This document shows, one piece after another, positions 37,370 through 47,368 of a stretch of DNA of 64,000 nt. Within the stretch, counting starts at the first letter, position 1; every line of letters starts with the position of its first letter. The notes under the pieces are model-generated. The model was given only the letters and a program-made list of their open reading frames with translations, was not told where the DNA came from and ran no database searches. Both the position numbers and the translations under genes were made by a program. The stretch is from contig JASGJH010000001.1 of NCBI GenBank assembly GCA_047601445.1, forward strand, positions 4,832,001 through 4,896,000, read 5' to 3'. The DNA is from Myxococcales bacterium. Lineage in GTDB: Bacteria; Myxococcota_A; Polyangia; Polyangiales; DASUME01.

Positions 37370-40079
37370 GGCCAAACCTAGCGAGCCCGCGAAGCAAAAG
37401 ACGCGCGTGCTTGGTCTGGGGAGGGAGCGCAGCATCCCGTTCGTTCCCCAGCTCACACCCACCGATTGTGGCACCGCTTGTGTGGCGGCCATCCTGGCGT
37501 TCCACGGCAAGAACATCCCGATCGGCAACATTCGTCAAGCCCTGGGCGGCGGGCGCAACGGCGTATCCGCGCGTCAGCTGGTGCAGGTCTCGCGCAGTCT
37601 GGGTCTGCGCGCGCGCGGCGTGGCAGTCGAGCCGAAGAGCCTGCCTTTCCTGCCCACGGCGAGCATCCTGCACTGGGATCTCAACCACTTCGTGGTCTTC
37701 CACAAGTGCGACACCAAGTTCCTCTACATCGTCGACCCGGCGGTGGGTCGCCGCAAGATCCCGCTGGCGGAGGCCTCCAAGTCGCTGACTGGCGTGGCCA
37801 TCGTGTTGGAGCCCGGCGAGGGCTTCGTGCGCGAGAAGGGCGCCACGCGCACGCGCTGGAACCGCTACAAGGACTGGATCCTCGGCGTACGCGGGCTGTG
37901 GGGGCGCATCCTCCTCACCTCGTTCTTCTTGCAGATGTTGTCGCTGGCGTTGCCGGGTTTGATGGGCGCGCTGGTCGACAAGGTGGTGCCGCGCAACGAC
38001 ACGCAGCTGCTCACGCTGGTGAGCTCCGCGTTCCTCAGCGTCACCTCGTTCTACTTCTTGTCCTCGTTCTTGCGCGCGCGCCTGCTCCTGCACCTGCGCA
38101 CCAAGGTCGAGGCCCGCATGTCGTTCGACTTCGTCGAGCACCTGTTCGCCCTGCCATACTCGTTCTTCCAGCAGCGCACCACGGGCGACCTGATGATGCG
38201 CATGAGCAGCCAGAACGCGATCCGCGAGATCCTCACCACCGGTGCGCTCTCCGCGTTGCTCGACGGCATCATGGTGCTCGTCTACTTCGCGCTGCTGATG
38301 GGCGCCTCGTGGCAGCTCGGCCTGGTGGCGCTCGGCATCGCGGGATTGCAGGTGGTGGTCTACCTCTATGCCGGCAAGAAGAACGCCGACTTGATGGCCG
38401 AGAACCTGGCCGCGCAGTCGCAGCTCGAGGGCTATCAGGTCGAGATGCTGTCGGGCGTCGAGACGCTCAAGTCGATGGGCGCGGAGAACAAGGCCACCGA
38501 GCGCTGGACCGATCTCTACGTCAACGTGCTCAATGCCTCGCTCGAGCGCGGTGAGTTGGGCGTGACTTTCCAGGCCCTGGTGAGCACGCTGCGCTTCGCG
38601 GGCCCGGTGGTGCTGATGTTGATGGGCGCCCACCTGGTGCTCACGGGTTCGCTCTCCCTTGGCATCATGCTGGCGCTGTCGTCGCTGGGCGCGGGCTTCC
38701 TCGATCCCATCACGAACCTCGTGAATACGGGCATGGAGATCTCCCAGCTCAAGAGCTACATGGCGCGCCTCGAAGACGTGCTCGATGCCGAGGTCGAGCA
38801 GAAGGGCGCGGCTTCGAGCCCCACGGAGCTGCAGGGTTCCATCGAGATCCGCAACCTGTCGTTCCGCTATCCCAGCGAGCCCAAGCCTGTGCTCGACGAT
38901 ATCCGCCTGGACATCGGGCGCGGCGAGAGCGTGGCCATCGTGGGCTCGTCGGGCTCCGGCAAGTCCACGCTGGCGCGCCTGATCGCAGGCCTGTACCAGC
39001 CCACCACGGGCATCGTGCTGTTCGACGGCACCGAGATGTCGCAGTGGAACCTCACCTCGCTACGCGAGAAGCTGGGCATCGTCACGCAGGACACGCGCCT
39101 CTTCTCGGGGAGCATCCGGGACAACATCACGCTGTTCGAGCCCACCGTGCCGCTCGAGGCGGTGGAGGAAGCCGCCGAGCTCGCGTGTCTGCATACGGAC
39201 ATCGCGGCCATGCCCATGCTGTACGACACCATGCTGGCGGACGGCGGCACGTCGCTCTCGGGTGGGCAGCGGCAGCGTCTTTCGCTGGCGCGCGCCTTGC
39301 TGCGCAAGCCGAACGTGTTGGTGCTGGACGAGGCCACGAGCGCGCTCGATACGGTGACCGAGCAGAAGGTCCAGGAGCGCCTGCGGACCCTCAACTGCAC
39401 GCGCGTGATCATCGCGCACCGCCTGAGCACCATCGTCGAGGCGGACAAGATCGTGGTGCTCGAGCACGGCAAGCTGATGGGCATCGGACGCCACGAAGAT
39501 CTCTTGATCAGTTGCCCGACCTATCAAGCCTTGATCCGCGCACAGCAGGATGCCCCCAAGGGCGCCAGCAGCTTCGCGCAGCGCATCAAGGCCGAGCGCA
39601 CCGCGGTCTCCAGGCCGCCCACGGCGGCCTCCCCCAGCGCGGCCCCGGCGACCCGAGCTCCCTACACATCGGCGCCACCAGGCATGGACCCCTCCCGAGC
39701 GCCCCTGGCCTCGCCGCACACGCCCTCGCCCTCGCGGGCGCCTCTGCCTTCGCAGCACACGCCCTCGCCTTCGCGGGCACCACTGGCGTCGCCGCACACG
39801 CCCTCGCCCTCGCGGGCACCACTCGCGTCGCCGCACACGCCCTCGCCCTCGCGGGCGCCTGTGCCCTCTCAGTACCCACCGTCCCCCTCGCGCGCGCCAC
39901 AACAGCCCGCGCCACAAGGAGGGTCGTCCTCACGTGCGCCGCAAACCGCCCCTCAAGGGACTCCTCCGCCGCGCGCGCCGCAGTCCGTACCGCCGCAAGG
40001 GTTGTCGCCTTCGGTGCCCCAGAGCGCCGGCCCAGAGCTCCCCGCCGATCCCATCGTGCTCACCCAGCGCAAGCGGTGA
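37359..40079 (+). CDS. Peptidase C39-containing ABC transporter (PCAT) with Pro/Ser-rich C-terminal extension
   Basis: 'Q....DCG', 'HWDLNHFVV', 'IVDPA' C39 residues; Walker A GSSGSGKS, LSGGQ, DEATS, AHRL. Confidence 0.95.
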   Translation: MSGEAKPSEPAKQKTRVLGLGRERSIPFVPQLTPTDCGTACVAAILAFHGKNIPIGNIRQALGGGRNGVSARQLVQVSRSLGLRARGVAVEPKSLPFLPTASILHWDLNHFVVFHKCDTKFLYIVDPAVGRRKIPLAEASKSLTGVAIVLEPGEGFVREKGATRTRWNRYKDWILGVRGLWGRILLTSFFLQMLSLALPGLMGALVDKVVPRNDTQLLTLVSSAFLSVTSFYFLSSFLRARLLLHLRTKVEARMSFDFVEHLFALPYSFFQQRTTGDLMMRMSSQNAIREILTTGALSALLDGIMVLVYFALLMGASWQLGLVALGIAGLQVVVYLYAGKKNADLMAENLAAQSQLEGYQVEMLSGVETLKSMGAENKATERWTDLYVNVLNASLERGELGVTFQALVSTLRFAGPVVLMLMGAHLVLTGSLSLGIMLALSSLGAGFLDPITNLVNTGMEISQLKSYMARLEDVLDAEVEQKGAASSPTELQGSIEIRNLSFRYPSEPKPVLDDIRLDIGRGESVAIVGSSGSGKSTLARLIAGLYQPTTGIVLFDGTEMSQWNLTSLREKLGIVTQDTRLFSGSIRDNITLFEPTVPLEAVEEAAELACLHTDIAAMPMLYDTMLADGGTSLSGGQRQRLSLARALLRKPNVLVLDEATSALDTVTEQKVQERLRTLNCTRVIIAHRLSTIVEADKIVVLEHGKLMGIGRHEDLLISCPTYQALIRAQQDAPKGASSFAQRIKAERTAVSRPPTAASPSAAPATRAPYTSAPPGMDPSRAPLASPHTPSPSRAPLPSQHTPSPSRAPLASPHTPSPSRAPLASPHTPSPSRAPVPSQYPPSPSRAPQQPAPQGGSSSRAPQTAPQGTPPPRAPQSVPPQGLSPSVPQSAGPELPADPIVLTQRKR
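39691..39898 (+). repeat. 39-bp coding tandem repeat (~5.3 copies; SRAPLASPHTPSP)
   Basis: Units begin at 39691, 39730, 39769, 39808, 39847 and 39886 (partial). Confidence 0.9.
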
Positions 40080-40240
40080 GGGCCGCCTCGCCGCGTCGCC
40101 TCGTCCAGGCTCCACGCGATCAAAGTTCGTTCGCGTAGCGAAGCATGAGCAGCGCGAAGCAGCCCCGCGAGGCCGCGCGGCGCGCATGGAACGCCCGACG
40201 CAGCCCCAACGTTGGCGACGATTTCCGTAGGCGCCACGAC

Positions 40241-42295
40241 TCACCGTGCCGCATCTGCGTCTCGAACGAAGCGCATGTCGATCGACATATCTCGTCTAAA
40301 ATCGAAGAACATCTGACGCACGACGTCCAGCGTCTCAGGCTGTACTCCTTCGGCCCGGACTTCGAGCTCCGCGCTCACAGTGGCCTGGCTGCCGTTCAGC
40401 GCGACCCTGCGGCTCACACGAAAACCGAAAGCTGAGCCTTCGAGCGGAGCGACTGCGCCCGTCCAGTGGTATCCCGCCGGGGCATTCAGGACGTAGCGGA
40501 TGAGATAGCGATGAGCGACGGGGACGCGCATCGCACTCCCTCGCAGCTCCATGAACCCTTTCTTGCGCGCGGCCAGTGCTTCGTCACGTTCCTCGGGCAC
40601 GCGCTCGGCATTCGGCGCGTCGAGCACTCGGCCGGGCAGGTAGTCGAAGAGCGGGGCGAACCCCAGCGAGACCGACCCACCTTGCTCCGTGGCCTGATAT
40701 GCCTTGGCTTGCGGCACATCCACGATGCGCTCGAGGTGCGTCGACGGGTCGTCGTGAACCGTGCAAGAGGCCTGAAAGGTGCGTGCACCGTAGACCCTCT
40801 CGACGTCGGGGCGCATGGCTTCTGCCAACTGCTCCGACGTCTTGTCCCAATCCTCACGCACGACCGAGATCAGAGCCCCGGATGCTCGCGCGATCTCCTT
40901 CACGTGCGCTGGGCCTGCTTGCAAGAAATCAATCCTGATCTCCGTTTCACGGGCGCTCGCGTCCAGCGGCGTGCGCGGCGTAGGCACCAAGTCCTCGGTT
41001 CCTGCAGACACGACGAGGGCCCGACGAGCCTGATCTTGATAGGGGAGCACGTTGGGCGACGCGTACGGTGCCACGGGATCGATCCAAACATCCGGGCTTC
41101 CTGCGATATGCACGATCACGTGATTGAACAGGCCAAACCCCGCCAGATCTGGATACACGTCGATGTCCAGGCCCGCCCGCAGCAACGCCAGGTTGGCCTC
41201 GAAACCGGCAGCGCGTAAGAGCCCTACCAGCAGCGTGCTCTGATCCTTGCAATCACCGTAGAGCCGGCTGAGCACCTCGGCTGGCGGAGCGGGATAGTAC
41301 GCGCGCTGTCCGAACTCGAGCCCGAGATAGCGGACCTTGCTGCGAACGAATGCGAGAATCTTGCGCAGCTTGGTCGCCCGATCGTCTCCGTCGGCGACGA
41401 TCCGTTCGAGCACTTTGCCTGCATCGAAACTCGATAGCGTCGTCTCGACATCCTTGGCGTAGCTGCGCGCCACCGCCTGCCAACTATCGGCGGTGCTGAC
41501 GTCGACGAGTGGGACCACGCGAACTCGCGGGTCGAGGGGCGGCTGCTCGTGATCCACCAGGGAGTAGACTACCCGCTGCGAGTCCGCGTGCTTTTCGAGC
41601 TTGGGCGGAGGTACGCCGCCACGGGTTCGACTGTGCACTTTGACTTGCTCGGGAAATTCCAGAATCAAGCGCTGGAGGGCCGCGAAGCGCCAGTGCCCAA
41701 AGATCACGCGGTACAGATTCCCGACGTCGAAGCGCGGGGCCTCCTCTTCCACCACGATCAATTGCTCCACGACCGCGCCAGGCTGCAGACCCGGAAGCGG
41801 AGCAGCAAGCACCCGGTTGTCGCTGAAGATTCGCGGCTCGCTGCTAGGGACGGCCGACTCTACCAGCCTCGCCGGGTCGAGCTCGATTGCCTTGCCGCCG
41901 GGCGTAACGACCCGCGCGCGGATGGTGGGTCGATGCTCGATCCACGGCGAGTATTGCGCAGAAACCGTGCTCCACTCGTGGCTCGTCAGCGCTCTCGAGT
42001 TGTTGACACGGAAGATCGCGTGGTGTTCCCGAATCAGGCGCTTGCGGCGATCGAAGCGTAGCCTGGTCTGCTCACATAGTACGACGGCATCGAGCCCTGG
42101 CGGCGCTTGGTCTGCGTTGAGCTCCAGTAGCTCGCGCGGCGTGAGCGAGAAGGCGGGCTTGATCAGCGCGTCGTAGACCTCTGGCCGCAGCGCCATGACG
42201 CGGCCAGCAGACGCCGTCTGCAATAGCCCTACGAGGCAGGACAGATACACGACTGGAACGCAACGCTTCAACGTGCGATGGATGGCGCTGCTCAA
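40241..42295 (-). CDS. DUF3857 plus transglutaminase-like domain protein
   Basis: 'PGLQPGAVVE', 'YGDCKD', 'FNHVI', 'WIDP' (Cys-His-Asp triad). Start uncertain. Confidence 0.85.
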   Translation of the reverse strand: MSSAIHRTLKRCVPVVYLSCLVGLLQTASAGRVMALRPEVYDALIKPAFSLTPRELLELNADQAPPGLDAVVLCEQTRLRFDRRKRLIREHHAIFRVNNSRALTSHEWSTVSAQYSPWIEHRPTIRARVVTPGGKAIELDPARLVESAVPSSEPRIFSDNRVLAAPLPGLQPGAVVEQLIVVEEEAPRFDVGNLYRVIFGHWRFAALQRLILEFPEQVKVHSRTRGGVPPPKLEKHADSQRVVYSLVDHEQPPLDPRVRVVPLVDVSTADSWQAVARSYAKDVETTLSSFDAGKVLERIVADGDDRATKLRKILAFVRSKVRYLGLEFGQRAYYPAPPAEVLSRLYGDCKDQSTLLVGLLRAAGFEANLALLRAGLDIDVYPDLAGFGLFNHVIVHIAGSPDVWIDPVAPYASPNVLPYQDQARRALVVSAGTEDLVPTPRTPLDASARETEIRIDFLQAGPAHVKEIARASGALISVVREDWDKTSEQLAEAMRPDVERVYGARTFQASCTVHDDPSTHLERIVDVPQAKAYQATEQGGSVSLGFAPLFDYLPGRVLDAPNAERVPEERDEALAARKKGFMELRGSAMRVPVAHRYLIRYVLNAPAGYHWTGAVAPLEGSAFGFRVSRRVALNGSQATVSAELEVRAEGVQPETLDVVRQMFFDFRRDMSIDMRFVRDADAAR

Positions 42296-42411
42296 GACAA
42301 GGCTCCGTCGGAGACGCTCGAGTATGGCACGGTCGCCGCCCAGACGGCGACGTGCACCCGGCCGGCCTACGGGGACTCACCCCAATCGAGGAAACGGCTC
42401 CTTGGAGGGGC

Positions 42412-43689
42412 TTAGAACGCCTCGCGGAACTGGAGGCACGGATAGAACTCGTCGCCGTAAGCCAGGTCCAGGCGGATGTTCACGCGATCGCGCTTGTCCA
42501 CCGAGAAGCGAATGCCACCGCCGCCCGCCACGTGCAGATCCCGCATGTCGAAATGCTTCACGCTGCTCGCCACACGTCCCACGCTGCCGAAAGCGACCGC
42601 GGCCCAGCGCTTGGTGATGGGCAGGCGGTACTCCGCCTCCACGGCGATCAGCAGGCGATCGCGCAGCTGACCTCCATACCAACCGCGAAACAGGCTCGGC
42701 CCGCCGAGCTGCGGCAGGCGTTGGAACGGCACCTCTCCCCACACGGATTGGGAGACGAAGCGCAGCGCGAGGACGTGATCGAGCCACAGGCGCTGGTAGT
42801 GACGTAGGTCGAGCGCCAAGCGGCGATAGCGAATGTCGCTGCCGAGAATCGGATCGAAGAAGGTGCTCTTGGCTTCCGCGAAGCTTCCCTTGTTCGGCCA
42901 GCTCAAGCTGTCGCGACTGTCCCAGGTCAACGTGGGCCCGAGTCCCGAGGCCACGAACTCGCGCTCGCCGCGGTCGTGCACTTCCTTGAGCTTGTCGCCG
43001 TTGCCGTCGCGCATGCTGCTCCACAGGCCCGCGTAGTTCACGCCCACGAAAAGCGAGCGCATGCCATGCCCCTCGTTGAAGGGTCGCAGCTTGAAATCGA
43101 TGTCGCCGCGGAAGTAGCGGTCGGTGAAGGGGCTATAGTCGTCGCGCTTGTTGTCGTTGCCGATGCCGAAGAAGCGACTCGGATAGCGCGCCCCCGCCAG
43201 GTCTGCTCGAAGCACGTAGTCGTCGTTACCAAAGCGCAGGTCCGGAGTGATTTGCCCCATGATCTGCTTGTTGAGCGTGTACACCGCCCCCATGGCGATG
43301 GTGCTCGGCCGACGTCCCCCGGCGGCTCCGGGCAGATCGAACTGCAGCAACGTGCCGGCGCCCAATCCGAGGCTCGTCTCGTTCGAGTAGTAGACGATGG
43401 GTAGGACCTTGAAGTAGTCCCAGACCCTCTTGCGGGGCGGCAAGATGCCGGCGGTGACGGGCTCCACCTGGACCGCAACGGGCGGACTCGAAACGCTATC
43501 GGTCTCGGCTGGCGGCACCGCAGCCACGGCCGGTGGCCTGTTTTCGCTGTCGTCCTGTAACGCTGGGTCGACTGGCGGCGTCTGAGTGACAGCAGCTCCC
43601 TCCTGAAGACGCTCCTCGGCACGCGCACAGGGACGCGAAAGCCATACGCTCGCGCAGAGCGCGGCGCACACGAGGATCCACGAGAGCAT
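42412..43689 (-). CDS. Omp85 (BamA/TamA-like) beta-barrel protein without evident POTRA domains
   Basis: Signal peptide, 'WDSRD....P.KG', 'LGG..LFRGW', 'GGGIRF', terminal F. Confidence 0.85.
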   Translation of the reverse strand: MLSWILVCAALCASVWLSRPCARAEERLQEGAAVTQTPPVDPALQDDSENRPPAVAAVPPAETDSVSSPPVAVQVEPVTAGILPPRKRVWDYFKVLPIVYYSNETSLGLGAGTLLQFDLPGAAGGRRPSTIAMGAVYTLNKQIMGQITPDLRFGNDDYVLRADLAGARYPSRFFGIGNDNKRDDYSPFTDRYFRGDIDFKLRPFNEGHGMRSLFVGVNYAGLWSSMRDGNGDKLKEVHDRGEREFVASGLGPTLTWDSRDSLSWPNKGSFAEAKSTFFDPILGSDIRYRRLALDLRHYQRLWLDHVLALRFVSQSVWGEVPFQRLPQLGGPSLFRGWYGGQLRDRLLIAVEAEYRLPITKRWAAVAFGSVGRVASSVKHFDMRDLHVAGGGGIRFSVDKRDRVNIRLDLAYGDEFYPCLQFREAF

Positions 43690-43974
43690 CGAGAGCGGCG
43701 TCGATGGTACATCGCACTCGGCACCGAACGACTGCCCTGTTCTGTGGGTTCTAAGCGCTTTTTTGGAACTTTGTGTCTCAATATTTCGTATGCGAAGTGA
43801 GCACGCGTCTGGTGATCCCCCCGACTGCCCGCGAATCGCGGGATGTGCCGGCCTTTTCGCGTGGGTTCAGGTGCGTGGTCATGGCGTCGTGTACAAAGTG
43901 AGCGCAGTCCGCTAAGGATGGTGTTCCGCGTTCGCCTCAGCCGGAACGCCCCATTCTGCGAGGAGTCTTTTCGC

Positions 43975-45255
43975 ATGCCCGTGACCCTGGATGAGCCCCT
44001 TCGCCTGCCCTGCGGCGTGCAGCTGCCAAACCGTCTGCTCAAATCGGCCATGAGCGAAGGCCTGGCGACATTCGACAATCGCGTCACGCCCGAACTCATC
44101 ACCCTCTACGGTCGTTGGGCCGAGGGCGGGGTTGGGTTGTGCGTCACCGGCAACGTGATGATCGATCGGCGCGCACTGGGTGAGCCCGGCAACGTGGCCC
44201 TCGAAGACGACCGCGATCTCGACACCTTCCAAGCCTGGGCCCTCGCCGGTACCGGTCACGACACGGCCTGCTGGATGCAGCTCAACCACCCGGGGAAGCA
44301 GGTACCCCGTGGCCTCAACAGCGAGTCCGTATCGCCCAGCGCGGTCCCCTTCCGCGCCGACATGGCGCGTTTCTTCGCCACACCGCGCGCCCTGAAAGAG
44401 GCGGAAATCGAAGAGCTCATCGCGCGCTTCGGCGTCAGCGCCCGGCTCGCCAAGCGCGCCGGCTTCAGCGGCGTCCAAATCCACGGGGCACACGGCTATC
44501 TCGTGAGCCAGTTCCTCTCGCCCCACCACAATCAGCGCGACGACGCCTGGGGCGGCTCACCCGAGAACCGGCGGCGCTTCGTGCTGGCCGTCTACGACAG
44601 TATCCGAGCGGCGGTGGGCACCAGCTTCCCGGTCAGCATCAAGCTCAACTCCGCGGACTTCCAACAAGGTGGCCTGTCCGAGGACGAGTCACTCGACGTG
44701 GTGAAGTGCCTCGCCGAGCGCGGCATCGATCTCGTGGAGATCTCGGGCGGCACCTACGAAGCGCCGGTCATGGCCAAGGGCGCCCCCATTCGCGAGAGCA
44801 CCCGCAAGCGGGAGGCCTACTTCCTCGACTTCGCCGCCAAGGCGCGCGGCCGCGTGGCGGTGCCGCTCGCGGTGACCGGAGGCTTTCGCACCTTCGAGGG
44901 CATCAGCAACGCTCTTGGCTCGGGTGCGCTCGATGTGGTCGGCCTGGCCCGCGCGCTCGCCCTCGACCCTGACTTCCCCAAGAAATTGTTGGCGAGTCCC
45001 GAGACGGTCTCGAGCGTGCGTCCCATCCGCACGGGGGTGGGGTTGATCGATCGCACCGGCATGATGGAGGTCTCGTTTTACAGTCGACAACTCCGGCGCA
45101 TGGGTCGCGGTAAGGAGCCCAAGCCGCACGAGAATCCGAAGCTCGCACTGGCTAGCATCCTCGCCACGCAGGGCATCGGCGCCTTGTTCACTCGCCTGCG
45201 CGCGCGCCCAGCGCCAGCGCCCGAGCCGGAGCAGCCCGAAGCCGCGCGTGTGTGA
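43975..45255 (+). CDS. NADH:flavin oxidoreductase (Old Yellow Enzyme family)
   Basis: 'NRLLKSAMSE', 'QLNHPG', 'HGAHGYLVSQFLSP', 'KLNSADF'. Confidence 0.95.
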   Translation: MPVTLDEPLRLPCGVQLPNRLLKSAMSEGLATFDNRVTPELITLYGRWAEGGVGLCVTGNVMIDRRALGEPGNVALEDDRDLDTFQAWALAGTGHDTACWMQLNHPGKQVPRGLNSESVSPSAVPFRADMARFFATPRALKEAEIEELIARFGVSARLAKRAGFSGVQIHGAHGYLVSQFLSPHHNQRDDAWGGSPENRRRFVLAVYDSIRAAVGTSFPVSIKLNSADFQQGGLSEDESLDVVKCLAERGIDLVEISGGTYEAPVMAKGAPIRESTRKREAYFLDFAAKARGRVAVPLAVTGGFRTFEGISNALGSGALDVVGLARALALDPDFPKKLLASPETVSSVRPIRTGVGLIDRTGMMEVSFYSRQLRRMGRGKEPKPHENPKLALASILATQGIGALFTRLRARPAPAPEPEQPEAARV

Positions 45256-45412
45256 GCAAGTGCGCCTCCGGGAATTTGGGGCTGCCCCATGGTCTCGGCG
45301 GCTGCTCGTAGCGCTGCGCGCCATGCCACCAATTGGCAAGCAGGCTCGCGTTTTCGCGTGTTGTGCGTGTGATCCGTGGCATCGCCCGAGCGAACTGTGA
45401 TTTGATCGAGTG

Positions 45413-45994
45413 ATGCACCTCGGCGAGTTTCTCGATGGGGTCCTCTGGTCCAAGGTCGCAGTCGCCATCTTCTGTGGCGGCATCGTGGGAGTGGAACGCC
45501 AGCTGCGCGGCAAGCCCGCCGGCATGCGCACCAGCAGCCTGATCTGCCTCGGCACCATGATGTTCGTGCATCTCGGCCACGAGCTCACCGGCGGCAGTAG
45601 CGGCGCCGACCCTACGCGCGTGCTCGGTCAGGTGGTTTCGGGCATCGGCTTCTTGGGTGCCGGCGTGATCATGACGCGCAACGGCCTGCTGACGGGTGTC
45701 ACTTCGGCTGCGGTGGTCTGGGTGCTGGCCGCGGTGGGCGCCGCGGTCGGAGCCGGAAAGTTCGCGGAGGCGATCACGATGTCGGTGACCACCGTGAGTA
45801 TTCTGGTGGGCGTGGAGCGACTGGAGCGCGCCTTCGCTGCGCTACGCCGCGGAGTGCATGCCGAGCCTCCCAAGCTGCACGACGAGACCGTGCTCGAAGA
45901 CATGGAGACCGTGCAGCGGCCGCGCAATCCCCGTCATGGGAGCGTCAGCGGCGGCATCGACCTGCGCGGTTCGCGCGAACAAAAGGTGCGCTGA
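45413..45994 (+). CDS. MgtC/SapB-family membrane protein
   Basis: 'GVERQ...KPAGMRT' and 'DPTRVLGQVVSGIGFLGAG'. Confidence 0.93.
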   Translation: MHLGEFLDGVLWSKVAVAIFCGGIVGVERQLRGKPAGMRTSSLICLGTMMFVHLGHELTGGSSGADPTRVLGQVVSGIGFLGAGVIMTRNGLLTGVTSAAVVWVLAAVGAAVGAGKFAEAITMSVTTVSILVGVERLERAFAALRRGVHAEPPKLHDETVLEDMETVQRPRNPRHGSVSGGIDLRGSREQKVR

Positions 45995-46014
45995 GTTCCG
46001 GGTCGCGCTCGCGA

Positions 46015-47259
46015 TCACACCGCGCGCGCCCGATGGCCACGCGCACGCACGCACGCGAGTGCCACCGAGTTCAGCTTGATCACGCGGAAGTCTCCCACGG
46101 GCGTACCGGTGCCCGCGTTCACGGTGAAGCCGAGAGCGACCTGGTCGTCGGGACTCGCCCAGGCGCCGCTGCCGCCGTAGCCGAAGTGTCCGAAGGCCCC
46201 CTTCACCACGCCCGTGCGGGTGGCCACCGCGTGGTACCCGAGCCTCCAGCCCATGGGCAACACCAGCACACCGTCGGGACCGCGACGATACACGCGCGTG
46301 GCCTCGAGCAGCGTGCGCTCGGATAACAGACGCGTGCCGTCGAGCTTGCCACCGCCCGCGAGCGCCGCGTAGAAGCGCGCCAGGTCGCGTGCGCTGAACA
46401 GGCCGTTCACCGCGGGGATGCAGGCACTGAGCACGCGCGGCGCCGAGAAGTCCCAGCGACCGATGCCACGCGGTGAGAAGGCACCCTGGAAGCGCTCGAG
46501 GCTCATCGGCACGCCGAAGAGGCGCAGGACGCGCTGCATGGCCGCCAGCTGCTTTTGACGGCCGCTCGGCGCACGCTTGGCCGTGGTCTCCGCCTTGGGC
46601 TTGTGCGGAGCAGACAGCTCACGCTTGGGAAAGATGAGGCGCGCCGCGCGCGCGATGGCCTGATCCGGGGCGCCCACGAAGAAGTCTCGCAGTCCGAGCG
46701 GGGCCGCAATTTCCTCCGCCACGAACTCCGAAAACGGACGCCCACCCACGCGACGCACGACCTCGCCCACCAGATGTCCGTAGGTGAGCGCGTGATAGGC
46801 GTGATAGCGCCCTGGTTGGTGCGCGGCGGGCGCCTGGGCCAGCGCAGCACACGTCCGATCCCAGTCCAGCAAGTCATCCGCGTGGGCGATCAAGCTGCGC
46901 GCGTCGTAGAGACCCGCGGAGTGCGTAAGCACCTGACGCAGCGTGATCTTGTCCTTGCCGCGCTGTCCGAACTCGGGCCAGTAGCGGGCCACAGGATCGT
47001 CGTAGTGAACGAGGCCGCGATCGGCGAGCATGTGCAGCGCCGTGGAAGCCACGCCCTTGGTGGTGGAGAAGGAGACGCTGGGCGTGTGCTCCTCCCATGG
47101 GTTCCCAGCGCTATCGCGTGGTCCGCCCCACATGTCGAAGACGGGCTTCCCCGCGTGATAGACGCAGAGCGCACCGCCACCGAACGGGGCGTGGGAGAGC
47201 ACCTCTTCGAGGGCACGGGCCAGGGGCTCGAAACCGGGTTCGTGACGACCGAACAGCAT
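46015..47259 (-). CDS. Serine hydrolase, beta-lactamase family (esterase-like)
   Basis: SxxK 'FSTTKG', 'YWPEF', 'AYHALTYG', 'FGHFGYGGS'. Confidence 0.92.
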   Translation of the reverse strand: MLFGRHEPGFEPLARALEEVLSHAPFGGGALCVYHAGKPVFDMWGGPRDSAGNPWEEHTPSVSFSTTKGVASTALHMLADRGLVHYDDPVARYWPEFGQRGKDKITLRQVLTHSAGLYDARSLIAHADDLLDWDRTCAALAQAPAAHQPGRYHAYHALTYGHLVGEVVRRVGGRPFSEFVAEEIAAPLGLRDFFVGAPDQAIARAARLIFPKRELSAPHKPKAETTAKRAPSGRQKQLAAMQRVLRLFGVPMSLERFQGAFSPRGIGRWDFSAPRVLSACIPAVNGLFSARDLARFYAALAGGGKLDGTRLLSERTLLEATRVYRRGPDGVLVLPMGWRLGYHAVATRTGVVKGAFGHFGYGGSGAWASPDDQVALGFTVNAGTGTPVGDFRVIKLNSVALACVRARGHRARAV

Positions 47260-47368
47260 GCGCCACCGTAGCGACCCGGGGCCCCGGCGTAAAGCCCCTA
47301 CAAGAGCGCATAAACTGGGTAGTCCCTGCTGAACAAAAAACCGAAATTACGCTAGGATTGGGCACGCC

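Noticed and set aside
39691..39898. 39-bp repeats as a possible CRISPR array
   Set aside because: There are no spacers, the repeats are in-frame and coding, and no cas genes are present.
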